This document shows positions 55,941-64,000 of a stretch of 64,000 nt of DNA, piece after piece (the first letter of the stretch is position 1; every line of letters begins with the position of its first letter). Below the pieces are notes generated by a model that saw only the letters and a program-made list of their open reading frames with translations, was not told where the DNA came from and searched no databases. The stretch lies in the IMG/VR virus record IMGVR_UViG_3300025759_000001; one strand, 5' to 3'. This stretch comes from an uncultured virus (IMG/VR IMGVR_UViG_3300025759_000001) (taxonomy: Duplodnaviria > Heunggongvirae > Uroviricota > Caudoviricetes > Crassvirales). Position numbers and translations under genes: made by a program.

Positions 55941-56597
55941 ATGAAAAGTACAAACGAATTAAGAAAAGAATTTAGTGAAATTAAACATTTCAAATTTAAA
56001 AGTGTTTTAATATCTATTGCAATAGTTATAGGTCTTATGTTTCTGTTAACATCTTGTGAGGATAAATGTATACAAACAGTTGAGAAGGTTTACAAGAAAA
56101 CAAACACCTTTCAAGACCCAAGCCTATACAGTAGTGCGTCAACATCAGTAATGGATTTAGATGGAGACCACTACACAAGAGAGACTGCTTATATATGGGA
56201 TTATCTAGCTGATAATAAAAGGCATATAATTGCAAGTGGATGCTTAGATGCCGCAGATGAAAGATATACTTGTTTTTGGGCTAAAATTGAAGGAGATTTG
56301 TATCTAGAAGATAATAAGAAGTATAGTACTGTTAACGTAAATTTAGTTGTTACAGGTAGTATTACAGGTGGTGGTACTTTTACAGTAAATGGTCATAATA
56401 CTAAGTTAATTGTTGAAGGCGATGTTTCTGCTGAGTCAACAATAATAGTTAAAAATGGTTGTGAGTTAATAATAGAAGGTGGTAGTCTGAGTACTAATAC
56501 ACCTACTATGAGAGAGGTTCTTGAAGTACCATGTAGCTTAGATTTGACTAAGACATATACAGATGATAAAGGAAAGTTCACTTATAGACTAAAGTAA
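55941..56597 (+). CDS. Putative lipoprotein
   Basis: Hydrophobic segment ending in LLTSC lipobox; beta-helix-like VxGx repeats. Confidence 0.65.
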   Translation: MKSTNELRKEFSEIKHFKFKSVLISIAIVIGLMFLLTSCEDKCIQTVEKVYKKTNTFQDPSLYSSASTSVMDLDGDHYTRETAYIWDYLADNKRHIIASGCLDAADERYTCFWAKIEGDLYLEDNKKYSTVNVNLVVTGSITGGGTFTVNGHNTKLIVEGDVSAESTIIVKNGCELIIEGGSLSTNTPTMREVLEVPCSLDLTKTYTDDKGKFTYRLK

Positions 56598-56600
56598 GTT

Positions 56601-56798
56601 ATGGTAGAAACTAAAAGAGGAGCTCGTAGTTTAAATTTATTCTGCGGGCATATTTTGAACTATAAAGAACAGGAGTACTTAATACGTGCAACAATGGCAG
56701 AATTCGAAAAGCCAAAACACATGAGATGTACAGATCTAGATTTAGTTAAAGAGACTAGAAAGGTTATAAAGTATAACCAAAAATGGTTAATTACATAA
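56601..56798 (+). CDS. Hypothetical protein
   Basis: 65-aa ORF. Confidence 0.45.
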   Translation: MVETKRGARSLNLFCGHILNYKEQEYLIRATMAEFEKPKHMRCTDLDLVKETRKVIKYNQKWLIT

Positions 56799-56874
56799 AT
56801 AATCAACACTTACTTATATCCATCAGACAGTGGTTCGAATCCAATAGGTACCTAATCAGTATAAAATAAATAAT

Positions 56875-57111
56875 ATGGAAATAGAATTAAAAGAAGGACA
56901 GGTATACCAATGTAGAAATGATAATCATAGGATTGTTATAACTTCAATTAGTAAAGATTCGCTTAAATACAGTATATTGTATCCAAATAGAAAATCAGCT
57001 GAACAAGACTGGCAAAATGGTATTCATGTATTTGAGAAAGCTTTACTTACAAGTTATGATTTAAGTACTGAGTTTAATGTTAAACACAATAGAAGAAAAC
57101 TAAGTATATGA
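56875..57111 (+). CDS. Small SH3-like protein
   Basis: LKEGQVYQCR...IVITSI; C-terminal HNRRKLSI. Confidence 0.55.
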   Translation: MEIELKEGQVYQCRNDNHRIVITSISKDSLKYSILYPNRKSAEQDWQNGIHVFEKALLTSYDLSTEFNVKHNRRKLSI

Positions 57112-57247
57112 TAATAATATATATGAAACATACTCTAAATTTCATACATAGTCGTGGAATTGATTTAGAAGTAAAACAAGGTGTAGACGTTAGACAAGAA
57201 GACAAATACATAGTAATAGAAGAATTAAACTTAAAAAAAGAAAACCA

Positions 57248-57484
57248 ATGACAACATTAGATTATTTTTACAAATTATCACCACTTATAATAGCAATATT
57301 AGCTTTTAAGTGGCCAAGAATTACATTAATACTAGTATGCTTACTATTAAAATGGTGGGTAGCAGCCGTAGGAGTTGTAATTGTTTCTGTATTTACTGTT
57401 TTTAGAATAAAAGTAAGGACGATATCAGAAAAAGAATATAAAGAAGAACAAGAGGAAGAAAATAATGATGAACATCTTAACTAA
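57248..57484 (+). CDS. Small membrane protein
   Basis: Hydrophobic N-terminal two thirds, acidic tail. Confidence 0.55.
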   Translation: MTTLDYFYKLSPLIIAILAFKWPRITLILVCLLLKWWVAAVGVVIVSVFTVFRIKVRTISEKEYKEEQEEENNDEHLN

Positions 57485-57716
57485 AAAAGAATTTCACCTA
57501 ACACTTGACTCTAGAATAATGAAGGCTCATGTTATTGTTAGAAATACAATTTATTGGAAATCATCCAATGGAAATAGTATTATGTTAGGACATTTAGATG
57601 TTAATCATCTAAAAAATATAATTGCTAAGATTGACAGGGGTGAGCTTGAAGAAAAAACTCATCAACTATTTGATTTAAAAAATGAATTAAATTATAGAAC
57701 TTTAATAAATGGATAA
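57465..57716 (+). CDS. Hypothetical protein
   Basis: WKSSNG...LDVNHLKNII motif seen in small phage proteins. Confidence 0.55.
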   Translation: MMNILTKKEFHLTLDSRIMKAHVIVRNTIYWKSSNGNSIMLGHLDVNHLKNIIAKIDRGELEEKTHQLFDLKNELNYRTLING

Positions 57717-58128
57717 AGAAAACACAGAAAACACAGAAGACAAGCAAGCCTTTGAGAACTTTAAAGGAGCTTTAACAGTAGGAGAATTTGAAACAATTTT
57801 TCGTATCTGCAAAGAAAGATATGGTAGACTTAGTAAAGTCCTGGAAGGGAGAGAAAAGTTTATCAGCAAGATACTTGAACAAGTTGAACAAACTTCTGAA
57901 CAGGTTGAAAACATACCTGAAGAGAAGCAGAAAGATGCATTAAAAGGCATTACAAAACTAATGAAAGCATTAGGTAAGAAAGGTGATAGAAAGTTATACA
58001 AAGACCTAAAAGAAGATATCTTAGAGTCTAGACATTTAACTGAATTCCTTAACAAATTTAGTGAAAACAGTGAGTCTTATGAGCAATTAGATTTTTCATT
58101 TTTAAAAGAAATAGCAGATGAAGTATAA
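57709..58128 (+). CDS. Hypothetical helical protein
   Basis: 139 aa, overlapping both neighbours. Confidence 0.6.
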   Translation: MDKENTENTEDKQAFENFKGALTVGEFETIFRICKERYGRLSKVLEGREKFISKILEQVEQTSEQVENIPEEKQKDALKGITKLMKALGKKGDRKLYKDLKEDILESRHLTEFLNKFSENSESYEQLDFSFLKEIADEV

Positions 58129-58447
58129 ATTATTGTTAATAGCAGTAGTGCTTTTCACGTCAGGAGGATACTTTATAGGAACCTTGACGAATTCAGATCC
58201 AAATGATACATTAGCAGTGTTAGTGTTGTCTATCATGAACATATTCTTTATAGCAATGATGTTAACATCATTTAGAATGCTTAAGAATATAAAAATAGAT
58301 TCCTATTCTGAAGGAACTAGAGACATGGCTAAAGGTGTTGATAAAGTTTACGGAGAAAAAGGAGTAGAAAAAGTATTAGACGCAGCTAAAGAGATTGCTA
58401 AAGGAGAGGATGTTAAACCTCATGTTCACAATCACTCACATTATTAA
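58118..58447 (+). CDS. Membrane protein with His-rich tail
   Basis: Two TM segments; C-terminal HVHNHSHY. Confidence 0.6.
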   Translation: MKYKLLLIAVVLFTSGGYFIGTLTNSDPNDTLAVLVLSIMNIFFIAMMLTSFRMLKNIKIDSYSEGTRDMAKGVDKVYGEKGVEKVLDAAKEIAKGEDVKPHVHNHSHY

Positions 58448-58705
58448 AATAGTAACCCTGGATGGCGATTCCTTAATATAACTAGATGTGTCACACGACA
58501 AAGTTATAACGCAGATAAGTTGTGGATGGGGTCAAGTGTGACCCAGTGAACTTAATTTAAAACTAAATCAATGATATTACAAGACAAAAAGTTTGTGTTT
58601 TAACTAATTGCGAAAGCAAGTTAATTACACCTGATAAAGGAGTAGAAGTAAATTCGGGAGGAGCAAGAGAGTTCCTCCCATTAATCTAATTAAATAAAGA
58701 AAACA

Positions 58706-59326
58706 ATGTTTGAACTATTCAAAAAAGGAAGTAACAAAGGAAAAGGCTCTACTAAGCCTGTATCTCCAGAAGGTGAGAAAATTAGTAGACCAATTTCACC
58801 TAATGTACAAGGTAGATTAAGACATGCTCTTGAACTACTTGCGTATGTTCTTGAAAATGATGAAAGCAATAACCAACACATCATAGCATTCATAGGAACT
58901 TCTGAAGAGGAGAAAGGTGAACATGGAGTAGACTCTATGGATGCTGCATTTGTAAGAGGTTCTGATGAATCAATAGGTGACATGCTTATGCAAGTATGTA
59001 TGAAAGACGATACATTTGCTAAAGCCACGATAGCAGTAGCTCAAGCAATTCAGTATCACAAGCCAGAGCTTAAGAAATATGCTCAAAGATTGAAGAAAGA
59101 AGTTCAAGAAGGCATGGACAATGGGGAAATATCTCCAACATCAAGTTATGCAGAAAAAGAAAGAAAGTCTAAAGGTAAGAGACGTAGTTCTAGTTTAGAA
59201 GATTTTGGTAAACACATGAAGGGTATTAACATTGATGATCTATCCAAAGCTTCAGATAAAGAAATTGATAATATGATTGAAGGACTACTAGACGCAAGCA
59301 GAGATGGGGAAGAAGACGACGATTAG
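58706..59326 (+). CDS. Hypothetical protein
   Basis: 206 aa; first gene of the replication operon; acidic C-terminus. Confidence 0.6.
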   Translation: MFELFKKGSNKGKGSTKPVSPEGEKISRPISPNVQGRLRHALELLAYVLENDESNNQHIIAFIGTSEEEKGEHGVDSMDAAFVRGSDESIGDMLMQVCMKDDTFAKATIAVAQAIQYHKPELKKYAQRLKKEVQEGMDNGEISPTSSYAEKERKSKGKRRSSSLEDFGKHMKGINIDDLSKASDKEIDNMIEGLLDASRDGEEDDD

Positions 59327-60563
59327 TACAGCAGAGAGTAATAGGATCAAATCCGAAATACAATCTCTTGCAGTACAAATATCTGAATCTAACAATTACC
59401 TCTGTTTGGAATGGAGTACAGGCGTTGGCAAATCTCTTGCATCTATTAGAATAATAGAAGAGATAATAAGTAAGCGTAGAAATTCACAAGGTGTGATTAT
59501 ATGCAAAGAATCAACCCACTTGAAAAATTGGGAAGATGAGTTTGTGAAGCATAAGAAAAAAACAGTTATGAAAAAGGTTTCTATGTTTCTTTATGCTTCT
59601 TTACATAAACACCAGTTTCACTCGACGTATCCAGACTTTATAGTTCTGGACGAATGCCACGCATTAACGGAGAAAAGAGTATCACTTTTGAAGTCCTTAG
59701 TGGGGCCGCTTACAAAGGTGATACTTTTATCCGCTACTATTCCATTAGACAAGAAAGATCTAATTAAGGGTCTTTTAGGAACCGTGTATTATTATAAAAT
59801 TTCCTTGTTAAAAGCAATAGATTTAGGTCTGTTGCCAAAACCAGAGTTAGTTGTTCATAAAATGAGTCTAACACCAACAGGTGTTCATGAATTTCAATTT
59901 AGAAAAGCTAAAGGTAAGATTACGAAACATTGTAATCATAGTGATATGTGGAGTGTGTCTAAACAATATCCCAAACAAGTAGGAATCATTGTTAGGTGTA
60001 ATGAAATTGAATATTATCAGCTTATCACTAAACAGATGGCCTATTACAGTGATCAATCTCAATCAAATAAATCTTATCAAATAAGGCAAGCATGTCGAAA
60101 TAAATTCTTAAATTTGGGAAGCCAAAGGAAAAAGTTTCTTTCGAAGGTAAAAACAGATAAAGCAGCAAGTATTGTTGCTCAATTTAGAGGCTCTCAGAAG
60201 AGGTTTATTTGTTTCACTGGTGCAATAGATCAGTCAGTAAAGTTAGGTGCGCAAAGTGCTGTTAATTCCAAGAATACAAAGGAATTTAACCAAGACTTGA
60301 TAGACTGTTTCAATGATGGTTCATGTACTGAGCTATTTGCTGTTAAGATGCTTAGAGAGAGTGTGAACTTATCAAACATAGAAAAGGGTATTATCGTGCA
60401 ATTAGATAGCACAGTAGGTTCTTTCTTTCAGATGTTTGGAAGATGTTTAAGGCATAAATTTCCTGAAATGCATTTAATTGTTGTCGATAAGACACAAGAT
60501 GAAAAGTATTTTGAGAATGCAATGCAGGATTTTGATGATAAATACGTTAGATATGAAACCTGA
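59304..60563 (+). CDS. SF2 (DExH) helicase
   Basis: STGVGKS, LDECH, LSAT, LRESVNL, QMFGRCLR. Confidence 0.88.
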   Translation: MGKKTTISTAESNRIKSEIQSLAVQISESNNYLCLEWSTGVGKSLASIRIIEEIISKRRNSQGVIICKESTHLKNWEDEFVKHKKKTVMKKVSMFLYASLHKHQFHSTYPDFIVLDECHALTEKRVSLLKSLVGPLTKVILLSATIPLDKKDLIKGLLGTVYYYKISLLKAIDLGLLPKPELVVHKMSLTPTGVHEFQFRKAKGKITKHCNHSDMWSVSKQYPKQVGIIVRCNEIEYYQLITKQMAYYSDQSQSNKSYQIRQACRNKFLNLGSQRKKFLSKVKTDKAASIVAQFRGSQKRFICFTGAIDQSVKLGAQSAVNSKNTKEFNQDLIDCFNDGSCTELFAVKMLRESVNLSNIEKGIIVQLDSTVGSFFQMFGRCLRHKFPEMHLIVVDKTQDEKYFENAMQDFDDKYVRYET

Positions 60564-60789
60564 AGTAGGACAAAAATACATATGCAGACGTGATGTTGAT
60601 GGAAAAGGCGCAGGTGGTGGCTATGAGCCAGGAAGAATATTTACCTGTACTAGCTTTACTCAAGAGGATCATAGATATATACTTTGGCCTGATGATCAGG
60701 CCTATGGGGTATGGGATGATTCAGTAGTACCGTATTATGAAGAAAAATGTGAACGTAAAAAACTGAGATTCAATGACATCAAGATATAA
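60553..60789 (+). CDS. Small SH3-like protein
   Basis: Likely start MKPEVGQKYICR at 60553; ERKKLRF near the C-terminus. Confidence 0.55.
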   Translation: MKPEVGQKYICRRDVDGKGAGGGYEPGRIFTCTSFTQEDHRYILWPDDQAYGVWDDSVVPYYEEKCERKKLRFNDIKI

Positions 60790-61000
60790 GAAAGACAAAA
60801 GGTTTGACAAGGTTGAACTCGAATGGGCAATAAGTCTAATGGAAAAAGAATATGAGAAACCAAACAGAAACACACCAGAGAAGATGGCTAAATTAATAGC
60901 AGAGAACTTTGATGTGGTATGTGATGAATTTCAAATATATTCTTTCTTTGGATTGGTTGAGAATTATGAATTAGAAAGTAAAAAAATAGAGTGTGGATAA
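60773..61000 (+). CDS. Hypothetical protein
   Basis: 75 aa within the replication operon. Confidence 0.55.
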   Translation: MTSRYKKDKRFDKVELEWAISLMEKEYEKPNRNTPEKMAKLIAENFDVVCDEFQIYSFFGLVENYELESKKIECG

Positions 61001-61544
61001 ATTAGTAATACCAATAGCATTACTGAAAGATGTAGGCCTAACAATCAATGAGTATCTAATACTATTCAACCTAGCAAATAAGCACTGTATCTCCGAGGAG
61101 TTCAGTTATACGCTAGATCAATTGGTGGAATTAGAGAAAAAAGGATTTATTAAGCTTACATCCGAAGGTGTGTTTATTAGAGACAAAGCTGAAGTATTAT
61201 TCTCTGTTAAAAGAGATTTATTTGAAGAATGGCTACTAGCCTACCCAACTAACGTTAAAAAGAAGTTTGGTGGTTCGAGAGCATTAAGTCCATCAAAGGT
61301 TGATACCATGTTAGGTAAGAGACTTAAGAAGAAATGGAACAGTATATTCAAAAAGAATATTGAAGCTGAAGAGAAAGCTATCAAAGTACTACAACTACAA
61401 GTTAAACAGATGGAAAAATCTGGAGATCTTGAATATATGGTTGAAGCAACTAGATGGCTCAACGAAGGGTATCACGAGAAGTATTCATACCTTCTTGATC
61501 AAGATACGGGTGCTAACAAGTATGAAGATGAAGATTATTTATAA
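60993..61544 (+). CDS. Replication initiator / helicase-loader-like protein
   Basis: N-terminal wHTH (LTINEYLIL...LEKKGFI), FEEWLLAYP, ATRWLN; directly upstream of DnaB. Confidence 0.6.
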   Translation: MDKLVIPIALLKDVGLTINEYLILFNLANKHCISEEFSYTLDQLVELEKKGFIKLTSEGVFIRDKAEVLFSVKRDLFEEWLLAYPTNVKKKFGGSRALSPSKVDTMLGKRLKKKWNSIFKKNIEAEEKAIKVLQLQVKQMEKSGDLEYMVEATRWLNEGYHEKYSYLLDQDTGANKYEDEDYL

Positions 61545-61556
61545 TAAAGGAGATAT

Positions 61557-62756
61557 ATGTTAGAAAAAAAAGGAGAAGACAAAGTAAAAGGCAGAGTTGC
61601 TGAACTTAAGAAGATTAAAAGTGAGAAAGAGCAAGGCAAAATATTTTGTATTCCCTTCGAAAACTATCCTAAGTTAGCTACATCTGTGCCTGGTATTGTA
61701 CCAGGAATGATTACCATGATTACAGCAGGTTCTGGTGTTGGGAAAACCCAAGTTGCCAAAGCCTTAGCAGTTAGAGAGCCTTTAGAATATGCTCTTAAAC
61801 ATGGTATTAATTTAAAAATATTCTATTTTGCTTTAGAGGAATCTAAGCAAGAATTTATTGATACTATGATATCTAATTTTATCTCATCTAAGTGCAATAT
61901 AAGAGTTGATTTATTAACTCTTCAAGGATTTAGACAGAGTGCATTAGATGATAGTACCATGTTATTGATTGAACAGCACATGGATGAAGTAGAGAGGTTA
62001 CTTGAATCAGTAGAGATTATAGACAGTGTATACAACCCAACAGGGATATATAAGTACTGTCGAGATTACGCAGATAAAAATGGCAAGCATGTATATGAGG
62101 ATAGAGATTTCATTAAGAAGCATAAAGATGGCACAACTAGCACTGAAACAGTGAAGGTGTACTCTCATTATATTCCTAATGATGCCAATCAAGTAAATAT
62201 AGTTGTCGTCGATCATATGAGTTTATTAACACCAGAGAAAAACAAAGATACTGGCAATACAATGACTCAACATCAAACCATGGCTAAGTGGAGTACTGAT
62301 TATGCTTTAAAGCAGATCACTAAACACTGGAATTGGGCTGTTGTCAATGTTATACAACAAGAACAATCAGGAGAAAGAGAACAATTCACTAATAAAGGTG
62401 AAAGTATTCAGAAAAAGACTGAACCCTCACTGGCAGGATTTGCTAATAACAAAGAAATACAGCGTGATGCTAAAGTAATTATAGGTGTGTATTCACCTGA
62501 TAGATATGGATTTGAAGATTATCATGGATATGATATAAGAAGATTTAGAGATACATTCAGAGCAGTAGTTATTCTGAAGAATAGATTTGGACCTCCTAAT
62601 AAATATCATCACTTCTTATTTGATGGTGCAACTAACAGGTTTGTTGAGTTGCCAGCACCTAATGAATCACATGATTTGCTTAAATTTGAAGCAACAGCTG
62701 ATAAATTATTAGGTAGAACTGGCGCGCCTAAACCTAAAAAGAATTTTGGAATATGA
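61557..62756 (+). CDS. DnaB-like replicative helicase
   Basis: AGSGVGKT, YFALEES, VVVDHMSLL, VIQQ, IQRDA, LKNRFG. Confidence 0.9.
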   Translation: MLEKKGEDKVKGRVAELKKIKSEKEQGKIFCIPFENYPKLATSVPGIVPGMITMITAGSGVGKTQVAKALAVREPLEYALKHGINLKIFYFALEESKQEFIDTMISNFISSKCNIRVDLLTLQGFRQSALDDSTMLLIEQHMDEVERLLESVEIIDSVYNPTGIYKYCRDYADKNGKHVYEDRDFIKKHKDGTTSTETVKVYSHYIPNDANQVNIVVVDHMSLLTPEKNKDTGNTMTQHQTMAKWSTDYALKQITKHWNWAVVNVIQQEQSGEREQFTNKGESIQKKTEPSLAGFANNKEIQRDAKVIIGVYSPDRYGFEDYHGYDIRRFRDTFRAVVILKNRFGPPNKYHHFLFDGATNRFVELPAPNESHDLLKFEATADKLLGRTGAPKPKKNFGI

Positions 62757-63007
62757 TAGGTAATAAAAGAGAATCTGAAGATTATGGAAATCCTGAATTT
62801 TTTACATTAGGAGATGACATAGATGATCAAAGAATAAGAAGAGATAGTGTTGTTAAGTATTTTGGCACCACTGATAAAGAGGAAGGATACAAGATAAAAG
62901 TATTAGTGTCTACCGGAGACTCAATATCATTTACAAGTCCAGACAAAGATATTATAAAAAGAACACTTGCCAAATTAGACAAGTTATTTAATGTAAATAA
63001 GATATGA
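62753..63007 (+). CDS. Hypothetical protein
   Basis: 84 aa; ATGA overlap with the DnaB stop. Confidence 0.55.
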   Translation: MIGNKRESEDYGNPEFFTLGDDIDDQRIRRDSVVKYFGTTDKEEGYKIKVLVSTGDSISFTSPDKDIIKRTLAKLDKLFNVNKI

Positions 63008-63225
63008 ATGAAGAGAGAGAATGTGCAGTGATTGATGAACCTCTTGTGAAAAAGGTTTGTGATAGTTGTGGATCAGATGATATTGAACATAGAAGATGGG
63101 TAAATGTAAACACCTTAGAGATTACAGATGCAGGTATAGAGGGTTGTCAAGACAATTGGTGTAACACCTGTCAATGCAACACAGATCATGTATTAGAAGA
63201 AGATTATATAGAAAGAGAAGATTAA
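63004..63225 (+). CDS. Small Zn-ribbon protein
   Basis: CDSCGSDD...WVNVNT...WCNTC. Confidence 0.65.
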   Translation: MNEERECAVIDEPLVKKVCDSCGSDDIEHRRWVNVNTLEITDAGIEGCQDNWCNTCQCNTDHVLEEDYIERED

Positions 63226-64000
63226 TGTTGACAAAAAAAGAAAGTAAAGTACTAACGCTATATAAAAAAGATAGCAAAGGTAAAATTAGATATCTCACAA
63301 TTGAAGCTCTTGATGATGAGGTTATTCAAAAGAGTGGATTGCAAGGAGGAGCAGAAGTAGTTAATATAAGTAAGTGTTCTGGAAAGAATCTTGGAAGATC
63401 CAATGAAACTTTACCAGAAGAACAAGCTGTATTGGTGGCTAAAGCTAAATATACAAAGAAGCTTAAGGAAGGGTATTTTGTAGCAATTACAGACGCTCTA
63501 AAGAGTGTAGTTATATTGCCAATGCTTGCTAAGGTATTTGAAAAAGAGAAAAATAAAGTAATATACCCTTGTTATGCACAGCCTAAATTAGATGGTATGC
63601 GTGGACTAGGAGATTGTGATCAAAATACACTAACATCTAGATCTGGAAATAATATTGAGACATTGGGACACATCACTGATGCTTTTCCTTTATTAACATC
63701 AATTAATGGATTAGTTTTAGATGGTGAGTTGTATGCTCATGGATTAAGTTTCCAAGAGAACATGCGTATTATTAAAAAGGAAAGACCTGAAACTATTAAT
63801 GTAAAGTATCATGTTTATGACTGTATATCTGATAAGCCTTTTGCTGAAAGATATGAGTTAATAAAGAATATATGTCTTAACAATACAATGTTAGAGCTAG
63901 TTGAGACTATCGAAATAGTTGATGAGGATCAATTAATGAAGTATCATTCTGTTAATATAGCAAGAGGTTACGAAGGAACTATTGTACGTTGGGGTGAAGA
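63225..64000 (+). CDS. ATP-dependent DNA ligase (runs off the window edge)
   Basis: Not in the ORF track; MLTKKESKVLTLYKKDSKGKIR...GKNLGRSNET...PMLAK...QPKLDGMR (motif I)...LDGELY...YHVYD...GYEG. Confidence 0.9.
   Translation, partial: MLTKKESKVLTLYKKDSKGKIRYLTIEALDDEVIQKSGLQGGAEVVNISKCSGKNLGRSNETLPEEQAVLVAKAKYTKKLKEGYFVAITDALKSVVILPMLAKVFEKEKNKVIYPCYAQPKLDGMRGLGDCDQNTLTSRSGNNIETLGHITDAFPLLTSINGLVLDGELYAHGLSFQENMRIIKKERPETINVKYHVYDCISDKPFAERYELIKNICLNNTMLELVETIEIVDEDQLMKYHSVNIARGYEGTIVRWGE

Noticed and set aside
56825..56852. TGGTTCGAATCCA T-loop-like sequence
   Set aside because: No D-arm, anticodon arm or acceptor stem nearby; at most a tRNA fragment.
1..64000. Stop-codon reassignment (TAG or TGA), known in some crAss-like phages
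   Set aside because: Portal, TerL, MCP, muzzle and helicases are full length in the standard code, and TAG/TGA act as ordinary stops.

Overview
A 64-kb AT-rich piece of a crAss-like (Crassvirales-type) phage genome. The host is probably an environmental Bacteroidota/Flavobacteriaceae member, inferred from Bacteroidota-type TAnnTTTG promoter elements. Genes read cleanly in the standard code. Positions 1-49175 are almost all minus strand (late arm): GroEL and a GroES-like co-chaperonin, terminase, portal, ~20 kb of fibre/decoration and lysis genes, major capsid protein, ring/hub/muzzle tail genes and a lysozyme-fused cargo protein. From ~49866 genes run on the plus strand (early/replication arm): many small ORFs, SSB-like protein, DnaA-domain-IV protein, SF2 helicase, replication initiator-like protein, DnaB helicase and ATP-dependent ligase. 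The least expected signals are: (i) a ~270-nt heavily base-paired, pseudoknot-capable non-coding element with its own promoter (47640-47930); (ii) a 38-nt motif repeated 4 times at the start of the early arm, a candidate virion-RNAP promoter; (iii) a bipartite late-promoter motif TAGCTATAAT at fixed spacing upstream of a -7 element, in front of the portal, capsid and lysis operons; (iv) several structured RNAs and an aberrant-anticodon tRNA in the early arm; (v) five SH3-like small proteins sharing a C-terminal (K/R)(K/R)x(L/F)x(F/L/I) tail; (vi) a plug-and-socket pattern of fibre domains, including a fibre ending in a metallophosphoesterase. All family calls come from motif recognition and gene order by eye; no searches were run.
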